Shown: in pieces, positions 19,987-29,701 of the stretch
Layout of the letters: the number at the start of each line of letters is the position of its first letter
How positions within the stretch are numbered: the first letter of the stretch is position 1
Assembly (NCBI GenBank): GCA_050953065.1
Contig: JBMNLZ010000002.1
Location: 352,001-416,000, forward strand
DNA length: 64,000 nucleotides
Direction of reading: 5' to 3'
Source of the DNA: Bacilli bacterium
GTDB lineage: Bacteria; Bacillota_I; Bacilli_A; ML615J-28; CAG-698
Program-made: the position numbers and the translations under genes
Notes under the pieces: generated by a model
Database searches by the model: none
The model's input: the letters and a program-made list of their open reading frames with translations, nothing else
Told to the model about the DNA's origin: nothing

Positions 19987-21273
19987 ATGATTTTAAAACC
20001 AAAAAAATATAGAAAAAGAATAATAGATAAAAAAATTAGCGAAAACCTTAAGATATTTGGAGCACTATGTATAGAAGGACCTAAATGGTGTGGTAAAACA
20101 TGGACAGCTTTAAATCATGCAAATAGTGTCATTTATATAGGTAATCCTGAAAGAAATTTTCAAAACCGCACATTAGCTAGTTTAGACCCACTTTCTGTTT
20201 TGAAAGGTGAATATCCAAGATTGATTGATGAATGGCAAGAAGTTCCTTCTTTATGGGATGCTGTAAGGTTTGAAGTTGATAAAAATGCCATAAGAGGTCA
20301 ATTCATTTTGACTGGCTCATCAACTCCTCAACATAAAGGTATTTTACATAGTGGAACTGGTAGAATTGATAAAATAAAGATGAGGACAATGTCTCTTTAT
20401 GAATCTAGTGATTCTAGTGGTGATGTTTCTTTAATTGAATTGTTTGATAATAAAGTAAAAACACAACAAACAAAAAAAGTATCACTTGAGGAATTAATTG
20501 AATTTGTGGTCAGAGGTGGCTGGCCTATGAGTTTAGGTTTATCAGAAGAACAATATACTAAAATTCCACAATCCTATATTGAGTCAATTATAACAGATGA
20601 TTTAGAAAAATTAGATGGTATAAAAAGAGAACAAAAAAAGATTAGAGCATTATTTAAGTCATTAGCAAGAAATGAAAGTACACTTGCTAGTAATAAAGTT
20701 TTGAAGAATGATATTTTAGAATTTGAAAAAGAATCAATTAGTGAAGATATAATTCCAGTGTATTTAGATTTGTTAGATAGAATGTTTTTGATTGAAAATC
20801 AACCTTCTTTTAATCCTAATTATCGTTCTAAAGATAGGGTAGCTAAATCACCTAAACGACATTTTATTGATCCTTCACTAGCAGTGGCAGCCCTGGGTTT
20901 ATCATCAAAAATGTTATATAATGATTTAGAATTTTTTGGTTTATTATTTGAAAGTTTAGTTATTAGAGATTTAAGAATTTATGCTGATGCTCATAGTGGA
21001 AAGGTTTATCATTATAAGCATTTTGATACAAATCACGAGATAGATGCAATTGTTGAATTGCAAGATGGAAGATGGATTGCGATTGAAATTAAACTAGGAG
21101 CAAATCAAATTGATGAGGCTGCTAAAAAATTATTAAAAATCAATGAATCCTTAAAAAAAGACCCTAAAGCAAGCAGGCCTTGTGCATTAGTAATTATTTG
21201 TGGTCTTCTTGATGTTACATATAAAAGAGAAGATGGTGTAATTGTTATTCCACTTACTTCATTAAAACCGTAG
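19987..21273 (+). CDS. AAA+ ATPase (AAA_14) with DUF4143 and C-terminal PD-(D/E)xK-like domain
   Basis: Walker A GPKWCGKT, Walker B LIDEWQ, FILTGS, RGGWP, KRHFIDPSL, EIDAIV...IEIKLG. Confidence 0.88.
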   Translation: MILKPKKYRKRIIDKKISENLKIFGALCIEGPKWCGKTWTALNHANSVIYIGNPERNFQNRTLASLDPLSVLKGEYPRLIDEWQEVPSLWDAVRFEVDKNAIRGQFILTGSSTPQHKGILHSGTGRIDKIKMRTMSLYESSDSSGDVSLIELFDNKVKTQQTKKVSLEELIEFVVRGGWPMSLGLSEEQYTKIPQSYIESIITDDLEKLDGIKREQKKIRALFKSLARNESTLASNKVLKNDILEFEKESISEDIIPVYLDLLDRMFLIENQPSFNPNYRSKDRVAKSPKRHFIDPSLAVAALGLSSKMLYNDLEFFGLLFESLVIRDLRIYADAHSGKVYHYKHFDTNHEIDAIVELQDGRWIAIEIKLGANQIDEAAKKLLKINESLKKDPKASRPCALVIICGLLDVTYKREDGVIVIPLTSLKP

Positions 21274-21289
21274 ATTTCGTTAGTTAGTG

Positions 21290-21327
21290 AAAAAAGAATG
21301 CTTATTACTAGCATTCTTTTTCTTGTT
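21290..21327 (+). terminator. Terminator of the AATGCT/AGCATT family (copy 4)
   Basis: aaaaagaatgct-tattact-agcattcttttt. Confidence 0.75.
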
Positions 21328-21380
21328 TATAGTTTTTATTTGTTGTATAATACATATTATGAATAAGAGAGGAATAAAAA

Positions 21381-23963
21381 ATGAATAAAATTAAAAGAAT
21401 ATTTTTTATATTATTTATCTTAATGGCTTTTTTATTAGTAGCATGTGGGAAGGCTGAAGAAGATTTTGGTATTATTAGTGCTACAGGATTTAAAATTGAT
21501 GGAACTAATTTAGCACTTGAAGTTTCTAGTTTGACTGATACATTTTCTTTTACTGGAAAAATTAAAGTAGAAGAAGGCGTAACTTGGGAATTGTATACAG
21601 ATAAAAAAACTACCAACAAAATCACTTCAAATGAAGTTAATCTAATAGATGGAGAAAACATTTTATATCTTAAAGTTATAAAGGGCAAGGAAACTAAATT
21701 ATATAAAGTTACAATTACAAAATCAGATACAGCTGAAAATACTTTAGTCTTTAATGCAAATGGTGGAATAGGTGAAATGACAAGTATTTTACTAGTAGAA
21801 AATACTTCTATTACACTACCTAAAAATACATTTACAAAAGAAGAAGCTACATTTATTGGCTGGAGTACATCAAAAGATGGTGATGTAGAATATTTAGATG
21901 AAGCAAGTTACACAGTAACTAACAAAACAAGTTGCACACTTTATGCAAAATGGGAAATTAATACTTATAAATTAACATTATCTAGAAATCCAATTCTAGC
22001 AGGGACTGTAACTGGTTCTGGAACAAAAGAATATAATAGCCAAGTAGAAATTACTGCTACTACAAAGTCAGGTTATGAATTTTTAGGTTGGTATGAAGGT
22101 ACAGATTTAATATCTGATAATTCTACTTATACATTTACTATGCCAGCAAGAAACATACTTTATCAAGCAAAGTGGAAAGCAAATATTAATACATTGTCAT
22201 TTGATGCAAATACTGGTGAAGGAGAAATGGAAAGTGTTACAGCAGAAACCGCTAAAACTATCAGCCTTCCTAATAATGCATTTTATAAAGAAGGTTATAA
22301 CTTTTTAGGTTGGAGTACTAGTAAAGAAGGAAGTGTTCAATATCAAAATGAAGGAACTTATAAAATGGGACCACTAGAAAGTTATACCCTATATGCAAAA
22401 TGGGAAATTGCAAGTTATACACTAAATTTAACTATAAACAATTCAAATGCAGGAAGTGTAACTGGTGGAGGTAGAATATTATATAACACTGAAGTAGAAA
22501 TAAAAGCTAATGCAAATCCAGGCTATACATTTTTGGGTTGGTATGAAGGTAATGCTTTAGTAACACAACAGTCTACTTATACATTTAATATGCCAGGAAA
22601 TTATGTACATTATGAAGCAAGATGGGAAGCTACTTCAAATTTTGGTTTAACGTTTAATTTGAAAGAAGATGATACATATGAAGTTGTTGGATATCAGGGG
22701 AATCCTAAAGATCTTTATATTGGAGAAAACTATGAAGGAAAAGCAATTACAAGTATAGCTAGTAATGCTTTTTCTGAATGCATGAGTTTAGAAAGTATAA
22801 TTTTATCAGAAGGCTTATTAAGTATAGGCGAAAGATCTTTTTATGGTTTAACAAAATTGCATGAAATAGTAATGCCGAAAAGTGTTACTCATATGGGTTA
22901 TCTTGCTTTTGGTGGTTGTATTAATGTAATACTTTATGCAAGAGTTGCTAGTCAACCAAGTGAATGGAATAGTTATTGGAATAATAACGGTATTCCTGTT
23001 TATTGGGGATATATAAGAAAAGGTGAGACTTCTGAGTTAAAATATATAGTTGCACAAATGGGAGAAGATGCTCCTTATAGTATTACAATAACTGGTTATA
23101 AAGAAACTCCAAGTGAATTAGTAATACCAGAAACAATAGAAGGCTATCCTGTTAAAGATATAGCTAATCTAGCTTTTATTGGCAACAAGATGACAAGCCT
23201 TATTATTCCAGAGACTGTTACCGGTATAGACAGTAGTGCTTTTTATAATTGCACTAAACTTAAAAATGTAATAATTCCTTCAAGTGTTGTATATATAGGT
23301 AGTTCTGCATTTGATTTTTGTAGTGATTTAATAATTTATGCTAAAGCAGAAACAAAACCTGCTGGTTGGAATAATTTGTGGAATGTAAGAACTAGAACTG
23401 TAGTATGGGGATATGTAAGTCATGGTGTTACTCTTGATGGATTTGAATATGGAGTATCATTTATTGATTCTGTTTATTGTATAACAATATCAGGTTATGA
23501 AGGAAGTTTAACTGAAATAGTAATACCAGAAACAATAGAAAACTATCCTGTTGCTATTATAAGTTGTTATGCTTTTGTTAATCGTATTGATTTAGAAAGT
23601 ATTACACTTCCATCAACTCTTACAAAGATAGAAAAGGGAGCTTTTTCTCATTGCAGTGGTCTAACAAACATCATAATTCCTTCAAGTGTTAAGAATATAG
23701 ATTTTCTTGCTTTTTATGGATGTACAAGTCTAATAAGCGCTGTAATTTCAGATGGAGTTCAAAGTATAGGCGAATCTGTTTTTGGTAATTGTACTGCACT
23801 AACAAATATAATAATTCCTTTGAGTGTTACATTTATGGATAATTATGTATTTTTTAATTGTAAAGGTTTAACAATTAATTGTAGGGCTTCAATTCAACCA
23901 GAAGGATGGAGTGAATATTGGAATAATGATGGTGGAACAGTAGTCTGGGGTTACACTGGATAA
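21381..23963 (+). CDS. Lipoprotein: shared N-terminal module, four InlB B-like repeats and BspA LRRs
   Basis: Lipobox LVAC; 'FNANGG/GYxFLGW/LYAKW' repeats; LRR_5 blocks with 'QPxxW...WN...VVWGY' caps. Confidence 0.87.
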   Translation: MNKIKRIFFILFILMAFLLVACGKAEEDFGIISATGFKIDGTNLALEVSSLTDTFSFTGKIKVEEGVTWELYTDKKTTNKITSNEVNLIDGENILYLKVIKGKETKLYKVTITKSDTAENTLVFNANGGIGEMTSILLVENTSITLPKNTFTKEEATFIGWSTSKDGDVEYLDEASYTVTNKTSCTLYAKWEINTYKLTLSRNPILAGTVTGSGTKEYNSQVEITATTKSGYEFLGWYEGTDLISDNSTYTFTMPARNILYQAKWKANINTLSFDANTGEGEMESVTAETAKTISLPNNAFYKEGYNFLGWSTSKEGSVQYQNEGTYKMGPLESYTLYAKWEIASYTLNLTINNSNAGSVTGGGRILYNTEVEIKANANPGYTFLGWYEGNALVTQQSTYTFNMPGNYVHYEARWEATSNFGLTFNLKEDDTYEVVGYQGNPKDLYIGENYEGKAITSIASNAFSECMSLESIILSEGLLSIGERSFYGLTKLHEIVMPKSVTHMGYLAFGGCINVILYARVASQPSEWNSYWNNNGIPVYWGYIRKGETSELKYIVAQMGEDAPYSITITGYKETPSELVIPETIEGYPVKDIANLAFIGNKMTSLIIPETVTGIDSSAFYNCTKLKNVIIPSSVVYIGSSAFDFCSDLIIYAKAETKPAGWNNLWNVRTRTVVWGYVSHGVTLDGFEYGVSFIDSVYCITISGYEGSLTEIVIPETIENYPVAIISCYAFVNRIDLESITLPSTLTKIEKGAFSHCSGLTNIIIPSSVKNIDFLAFYGCTSLISAVISDGVQSIGESVFGNCTALTNIIIPLSVTFMDNYVFFNCKGLTINCRASIQPEGWSEYWNNDGGTVVWGYTG

Positions 23964-23991
23964 AAAAAGTTTAAATACATAATTTATATTT

Positions 23992-24013
23992 AAAGCCACC
24001 TAGGTGGCTTTTT
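23992..24013 (+). terminator. Rho-independent terminator
   Basis: aaagccacc-ta-ggtggcttt followed by Ts. Confidence 0.7.
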
Positions 24014-24039
24014 AATTTGGAATAGCAATTAAATTTCTC

Positions 24040-24068
24040 TTGATTAGTTAAGTATAATGTGTTATAAT
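24040..24068 (+). promoter_or_regulatory. rpsB promoter
   Basis: TTGATT-17 nt-TATAAT with extended TGn. Confidence 0.75.
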
Positions 24069-24085
24069 TATCAAGGCAAAAAAAA

Positions 24086-24158
24086 TACACACACTAAGTT
24101 AGAGTCTCGTCAGGTGCACATTTTGTGTGGCGTGGACTTGGTAGAAACTAGTGGAGGC
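24086..24158 (+). ncRNA. rpsB (S2) leader, t44-like autoregulatory RNA
   Basis: CACACAC start; nested stems (cacta/tagtg, gagtc/gactt, cgtca/tggcg, gcaca/tgtgt); GGUG bulge; GGAGG end; directly upstream of rpsB. Confidence 0.75.
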
Positions 24159-24192
24159 CAAACGAAAAAAAATGAAAGGAAGAAAAGAAAAA

Positions 24193-25275
24193 ATGTCAGT
24201 AATTACAATGAAGCAATTGCTTGAAGCAGGAGTTCATTTCGGTCACAATACTCGCCGTTGGAACCCTAAAATGAAAGAGTATATTTTTGGAGAAAGAAAT
24301 GGTATTTATATCATTGATTTAGCCAAAACAGAAGAAAAGGTTGAAGAAGCTTATAAAGCATTATTCAACATTGTTCAAAACAATGGAACAGTTTTATTTG
24401 TTGGAACAAGGAAACAAACTCAAGAAGTTATTAAAGAAGAGGCTATTCGTTGTGGTCAATATTATGTTGACCAAAGATGGTTGGGTGGTACTCTAACAAA
24501 CTTTAAAACAATTAGAAGAAGTATTGGAAGATTAAGAGAAATTGAAAAAATGGAAGAAGATGGAATTTTTGAAGTTCTTCCAAAAAAAGAAGTAATTTTA
24601 ATTAAAAAAGAAAAAGAAAAACTAGAAAAGTTTTTTAATGGTATAAAAGATATGGTAAACCGTCCTTCTGCGATGGTAGTAGTTGACCCTAAGAGTGAAC
24701 ATAATGCAGTTAAGGAAGCAAAAAAATTAGATATACCTGTATTTGGTTTAGTTGATACAAACTGCGATCCAGATGAAGTTGATTATGTTATTCCAGGTAA
24801 CGATGATGCGATTCGTGCTGTAAAATTAATTGTTGGAACTTTAGCTAATGCTGTAGTTGAAGCTCAAGGCGGAACTCCAATCGTTATCGAATTTACTGAT
24901 GATATGCCTGAGGAGAGACCTCAAAGAAAAGCTTATCAAAAAGATGGAGAAAAACGTGGTTATGGTAGACGTCCTTATAAAACTTCAAGAGAAGGTAGGG
25001 GCGATAAAGATTCTGATAGTGAAAAAGTAGAAGAAGTTGCAAAAGAAGTAAAAGCAGCAAAGAAAACTGCAGTTAAAGCAGAAAAAGAAGTAAAAACAGA
25101 AAAGCCAGCTAAAGCAGACAAAGAAGAAAAGAAAGAAAAACCAGCCAAAGTAGAAAAGGAAGTAAAAGAAGAAACTCCTAAAAAAACTAAGAAAACTGAA
25201 GAAACTACAGTAGCGGAAGAAAAACCGAAACGTGTAAAAAAAGCTGATACAGATTCTAAAACGGAGGGAAAATAA
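24193..25275 (+). CDS. rpsB: 30S ribosomal protein S2 with a long K/E/A-rich C-terminal tail
   Basis: [38 protein letters not shown]; start set at MSVITMK. Confidence 0.98.
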   Translation: MSVITMKQLLEAGVHFGHNTRRWNPKMKEYIFGERNGIYIIDLAKTEEKVEEAYKALFNIVQNNGTVLFVGTRKQTQEVIKEEAIRCGQYYVDQRWLGGTLTNFKTIRRSIGRLREIEKMEEDGIFEVLPKKEVILIKKEKEKLEKFFNGIKDMVNRPSAMVVVDPKSEHNAVKEAKKLDIPVFGLVDTNCDPDEVDYVIPGNDDAIRAVKLIVGTLANAVVEAQGGTPIVIEFTDDMPEERPQRKAYQKDGEKRGYGRRPYKTSREGRGDKDSDSEKVEEVAKEVKAAKKTAVKAEKEVKTEKPAKADKEEKKEKPAKVEKEVKEETPKKTKKTEETTVAEEKPKRVKKADTDSKTEGK

Positions 25276-26148
25276 ATGATTAGTGCATCATTAGTAAAAG
25301 AACTAAGAGAAATGACAGGAGCAGGTATGATGGATTGTAAAAAAGCTCTTGTTGAAACGAATGGTGATTTAGATGCAGCCGTTACATGGTTGCGTGAAAA
25401 AGGCATTTCAAAAGCTGCTAAAAAAGCAGGTAGAATTGCAGCTGAAGGTGTTTGTGCATATCAAGTTGATGGTAATAAAGCAGTTGTTTATGAAGTTAAT
25501 TCAGAAACTGACTTTGTTGCTAAAAATGAAAAGTTTTTAAAAATGGTTGAAAACATTGGTCAAGGAATCCTTTCAAGCAATGAAAGTGATCCAACAAAAG
25601 CAGTTTTTGAAGGAACTACAGTTGAAGAAATGATAGTTCAAGCTACTTCTACAATTGGTGAAAAAATTTCTTTAAGAAGAGTTGCTTTCTATGATAAAAC
25701 TAATTCACAAACATTTGGTTATTATTCTCATATGAACGGGAAAATTATTGCTTTAGTAACTATTGAAGGTGATGATTTTGAAGTTGCTAAAAACGTAGCT
25801 ATGCATATTGCTGCTATGAATCCTAAGTATTTAGATGACACAAAAATACCAGCTGAAGACTTAGAAAAAGAAAAAAATATATTTATGCAAGAGGTTCTTA
25901 ATGATCCTCAATATGATGGCAAGCCTCAAAATGTTATAGATAACATTGTTAAAGGTCGTGTAAACAAATATCTAAAAGAAATTTGTTTAGTAGATCAAAT
26001 TTATGTAAAGGCTGCTGATAAGCAGACTGTTGGCGAATATCTAAAATCTAATCGTAGTAGTATAGTTGCTTTCACAAGACTTGAAGTAGGGGAAGGACTT
26101 GAAAAAAGAAAAGATGATTTTGTAGCCGAAGTTATGTCTCAACTTTAA
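25276..26148 (+). CDS. tsf: Elongation factor Ts
   Basis: VKELREMTGAGMMDCKKAL, NSETDFVA. Confidence 0.98.
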   Translation: MISASLVKELREMTGAGMMDCKKALVETNGDLDAAVTWLREKGISKAAKKAGRIAAEGVCAYQVDGNKAVVYEVNSETDFVAKNEKFLKMVENIGQGILSSNESDPTKAVFEGTTVEEMIVQATSTIGEKISLRRVAFYDKTNSQTFGYYSHMNGKIIALVTIEGDDFEVAKNVAMHIAAMNPKYLDDTKIPAEDLEKEKNIFMQEVLNDPQYDGKPQNVIDNIVKGRVNKYLKEICLVDQIYVKAADKQTVGEYLKSNRSSIVAFTRLEVGEGLEKRKDDFVAEVMSQL

Positions 26149-26157
26149 AAAATAACT

Positions 26158-26186
26158 AAGGCACATAATATTATGTGCCTTTGTTT
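26158..26186 (+). terminator. Palindromic terminator after tsf
   Basis: aaggcacataatattatgtgcctt followed by tgtttt. Confidence 0.65.
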
Positions 26187-26203
26187 TAAAAACAGGAGGT
26201 CTT

Positions 26204-26917
26204 ATGAGAAAGAGGATTATTTTAAAACTTAGTGGAGAAAGTTTAGCTGGTGAAGGTAAAATTGGCTTTGATCATGTAAAAATAAAAGAGATTGCTTTGG
26301 AAATAAAAGATTTATATGACCAAGGTGATATTGATATTTCTATTGTAGTTGGTGCTGGTAATATTTGGCGTGGAAGAGATGCAATTAATTGTGGAATTGA
26401 AAGATCTAGTGCCGATTATATGGGAATGCTTGCGACTATTTTAAATGCTCTAGCATTACAAAATGCTTTAGAATTATTAGGTTGTGATACAAGAGTGATG
26501 ACATCTTTATCAATTCCAAGTGTTGCAGAACCTTATATTAGAAGAAAAGCATTATCACATTTAGATAAACAACGTATTGTAATCTTTGGTGGTGGAAATG
26601 GAATTCCATTTTTTACAACTGATACAACTGCAGCTTTAAGAGGAGCAGAACTTGGGGCTAATTTAATTCTAATGGCAAAGAATGGTGTTGATGGAGTTTA
26701 TAGTGATGATCCTAAGATTAATAAAAATGCTTATCGCTTTAAAAAACTAACCTATCGAGAAGTTTTAGAAAAAGAACTACATGTAATGGATATGACAGCA
26801 ATCACACTATGTGAAGAAAATAATATTGATATTGTTGTCTTTGATATGAATGTTAAAGGTAACATTGCAAAAGCAGCAAAAGATTTTTCAATCGGAACGT
26901 TAGTTTCAAATAAATGA
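26204..26917 (+). CDS. pyrH: UMP kinase
   Basis: LKLSGESL, GAGNIWRG, DYMGMLAT, FTTDTTAALR. Confidence 0.97.
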   Translation: MRKRIILKLSGESLAGEGKIGFDHVKIKEIALEIKDLYDQGDIDISIVVGAGNIWRGRDAINCGIERSSADYMGMLATILNALALQNALELLGCDTRVMTSLSIPSVAEPYIRRKALSHLDKQRIVIFGGGNGIPFFTTDTTAALRGAELGANLILMAKNGVDGVYSDDPKINKNAYRFKKLTYREVLEKELHVMDMTAITLCEENNIDIVVFDMNVKGNIAKAAKDFSIGTLVSNK

Positions 26918-26930
26918 AAGGAGAAAGAAT

Positions 26931-27488
26931 ATGCCTGATAGTATTATAAAAAATGGTGAAGATAGAATGGCAAAAGCCATTGAAAGTATGAAAACTGAAT
27001 TCGCTTTAATTAGAGCAGGAAGAGCTAATCCAACTGTTTTAAATAGAGTTAGAATTTCTTATTATGGTGTTGATACACCACTTAATCAAGTTGCTTCGAT
27101 TTCAACTCCAGAAGCGCAACAATTACTAATTAAGCCTTATGATAAATCAATTCTTAAAGATATTGAAAAAGCTATTCTAACAGCTGATTTAAATCTAACA
27201 CCACTTAATGATGGAGTTGTAATTAGAATTAATTTTCCAGCTTTAACTGAAGAAAAAAGAAGAGATTTGGTAAAAGAAGTTAAAAAACTTGGAGAAAATT
27301 GTAAGATTGCAATTAGAAATATTCGTCGTGATATTAATGATCAATTAAAAAAATTAGAAAAAGATAGTTTAATAAGTGAAGATGAACTAAAAAGAAAAAA
27401 TGATGAAGTTCAAAAAATCACTGACAAGCAAATTGAAAATGTAGATAAAGAAGTTAAAGAAAAAGAAGATTCAATTATGGAAATATAA
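26931..27488 (+). CDS. frr: Ribosome recycling factor
   Basis: IRAGRANP, YYGVDTPLNQVA, IRNIRRD. Confidence 0.97.
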   Translation: MPDSIIKNGEDRMAKAIESMKTEFALIRAGRANPTVLNRVRISYYGVDTPLNQVASISTPEAQQLLIKPYDKSILKDIEKAILTADLNLTPLNDGVVIRINFPALTEEKRRDLVKEVKKLGENCKIAIRNIRRDINDQLKKLEKDSLISEDELKRKNDEVQKITDKQIENVDKEVKEKEDSIMEI

Positions 27489-27578
27489 TTATTATAAGTA
27501 CTAGACTTAATAAAAAAGTCTAGTATTTTAATTATAAATTTGGTAAAATATAGATATGAAAGAGGTGAAAAAAATAAA

Positions 27579-29564
27579 ATGAGAATTTTAAAAAGTTTAT
27601 TACTAATACTTGTTTTTAGTTTGTTTTTAGTTGGCTGTAAAACTAAAGAAACATTTACAGTTAAGTTTATGGATGGTGATACTGAACTTGGTAGTGTTAC
27701 AGTTAAAAAAGGTGGAGATGCAGAAGCTCCAGAAAACCCAACAAAAGAAGGCTATGATTTTACTGGTTGGGATATAGCATATACAGATGTTGAGGGAGAT
27801 TTAGTAGTTAAAGCCATTTTTACAATTAAAACATTTGAAGTTAAGTTTATGGTAGATGGTGCTCCATATGGTGATCCTGTTATAGTTAATTATGGTGCTG
27901 ATGCGGTTCTACCAAATAATCCAATTAAAGTAGGTTTTAAATTTGTAAAGTGGGATACTAATACAACTAATGTAAAATCAAATTTAGAAGTTAATGCAGA
28001 GTTTACTGTAGCTACATATTCTGTTGTTTTTAGAGTAGATGGTATTCAAGAAGGTGAAACTCAAACAATTACACATGGAGAAGCTGCAACTGCTCCAGAT
28101 GATCCAGTAAAGGAAGGCTATAAATTTATTGGCTGGGATAATGAATTTGAAGAAGTTACAAGTGATTTAATTATAAGTGCTGTCTTTGAACCGATTATGT
28201 TCAAAGTAAGATTCTATGAAGATGAAACAAAATTAATTGAAGAATTTGATGTTGCGTATGGAACTGATGCAACTGCTCCCGCAGCCCCTTTAAAAGAAGG
28301 TTTTAGGTTCCAAGCTTGGGATAAGACATTTACAAATGTTAAATCAAATCTTGATGTAACAGCAATTTATGTAGTAGCAACATTTGAAGTTAAGTTTATC
28401 GTTAATGGTGTTCAACAAGGTGCAACTCAAACTATTGAATATGGAAAAGATGCAATTGCTCCAGATGATCCTTTAAGAGATGGTTATAATTTTACTGGTT
28501 GGAGTGCTGCTTATACTAATGTAAAAAGTAATTTAACAATCACAGCAGAATTTAGTATTATTACTTATGAAATTAAGTATTATGATGGCTCAACTCTTTT
28601 AACTCATACTCCTGCATCATATGATATCAATACTGCAGTAACATTTACTGAATATGAAAAAGAGGGTTTCTTATTTACAGGTTGGTATGAAACTGATGAA
28701 TTAAAAACTGTTAAAACCGGAATTACACTTGGTTCTTTTGGTATTGTAACAGTTTATGGAGAATGGTTAGATCCAGATTTAACTTATACAGTTAATTTTG
28801 ACTTAAAAGGTGGTGCTTGGAATTGGACAACAGGAGAAGTTACTAAATTAACTAGTGGCGATTATACAGGCTATTATGCAATTGATAGCGTATCTAATTT
28901 ACCTGAAATATTTATGCAAGACTTCTTTGTATACTTATCAGATAAAGATTTATTAAATTCTTCATTAGTTTATGCAACTTTAAGAACAACAACTTGGCAA
29001 GCATTTAGTGAAAAATTTGATGACCCTGTAGCTAGTTATAACCGTACAAGTACTATGTATGCATCAACACCTGATGGATATAATCAATTCTTCTGGGATT
29101 CAATTTCAAATGGTGAAGCAGTTGGTGGATTCTTTGGAAGCGAACCTTATAAGAGTAAATATGCTAACTTATTAAGTCATTTAATTTACATGTATCCATT
29201 TAAATATAGTGCTGATATTAGTACAGCAGTTGGAAGAGCTTTAGTTGGATTTATTTTAGATGGTTTATTCTATGGTACACAAACTTATACTGCTGGTTCT
29301 ACGTTTGAAGCATTCCGTTCAAAAATTCCTACAACTACAGTAAGATGGAATTCAACTGCTACTGAATATACAGAAAATATTTATCCAGTAGTAACTTATA
29401 TTCAAGGATTAAAATATAATTTACCACATCCATCTAGAGAAGGATATTTCTTTAGGGGATGGTATAGTGATGAAGAATGTACTGGCGATGCTATCTTATT
29501 TATAGATCGTGGTGTGGTTCCTGCTGCAACATATTATGCTAAATGGGAAAGTATTGGATCTTAA
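27579..29564 (+). CDS. Lipoprotein with ~6 InlB B-repeats and an unknown C-terminal domain
   Basis: GAGGTG RBS; lipobox LVGC; repeated 'FxVKF...P.KEGY.F.GWD...V.SNL' units. Confidence 0.85.
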   Translation: MRILKSLLLILVFSLFLVGCKTKETFTVKFMDGDTELGSVTVKKGGDAEAPENPTKEGYDFTGWDIAYTDVEGDLVVKAIFTIKTFEVKFMVDGAPYGDPVIVNYGADAVLPNNPIKVGFKFVKWDTNTTNVKSNLEVNAEFTVATYSVVFRVDGIQEGETQTITHGEAATAPDDPVKEGYKFIGWDNEFEEVTSDLIISAVFEPIMFKVRFYEDETKLIEEFDVAYGTDATAPAAPLKEGFRFQAWDKTFTNVKSNLDVTAIYVVATFEVKFIVNGVQQGATQTIEYGKDAIAPDDPLRDGYNFTGWSAAYTNVKSNLTITAEFSIITYEIKYYDGSTLLTHTPASYDINTAVTFTEYEKEGFLFTGWYETDELKTVKTGITLGSFGIVTVYGEWLDPDLTYTVNFDLKGGAWNWTTGEVTKLTSGDYTGYYAIDSVSNLPEIFMQDFFVYLSDKDLLNSSLVYATLRTTTWQAFSEKFDDPVASYNRTSTMYASTPDGYNQFFWDSISNGEAVGGFFGSEPYKSKYANLLSHLIYMYPFKYSADISTAVGRALVGFILDGLFYGTQTYTAGSTFEAFRSKIPTTTVRWNSTATEYTENIYPVVTYIQGLKYNLPHPSREGYFFRGWYSDEECTGDAILFIDRGVVPAATYYAKWESIGS

Positions 29565-29590
29565 GAATGATTTAAAAAATAATATAAGTT

Positions 29591-29619
29591 AAGAAGGCTT
29601 TTAAAAGCCTTCTTTTTTT
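29591..29619 (+). terminator. Rho-independent terminator
   Basis: aagaaggctttt/aaaagccttctt palindrome followed by a T-run. Confidence 0.75.
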
Positions 29620-29701
29620 ATTTAAAGTAATTTTAAATTAAAAATATTAGTGTGGAAATTTAATTAAGTTTATTGTATAATATTAATAATGGTGAAACGT
29701 T

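Noticed and set aside
14780-23963. Diversity-generating retroelement acting on the LRR lipoproteins
   Set aside because: No reverse transcriptase is present and I saw no TR/VR pair differing only at adenines. The similarity is ordinary paralogy.
26158-26181. dif-like site (GCACATAA..TTATGT)
   Set aside because: The spacer is 2 nt rather than 6, it is a perfect palindrome, and it sits right after the tsf stop. It is better explained as a terminator.
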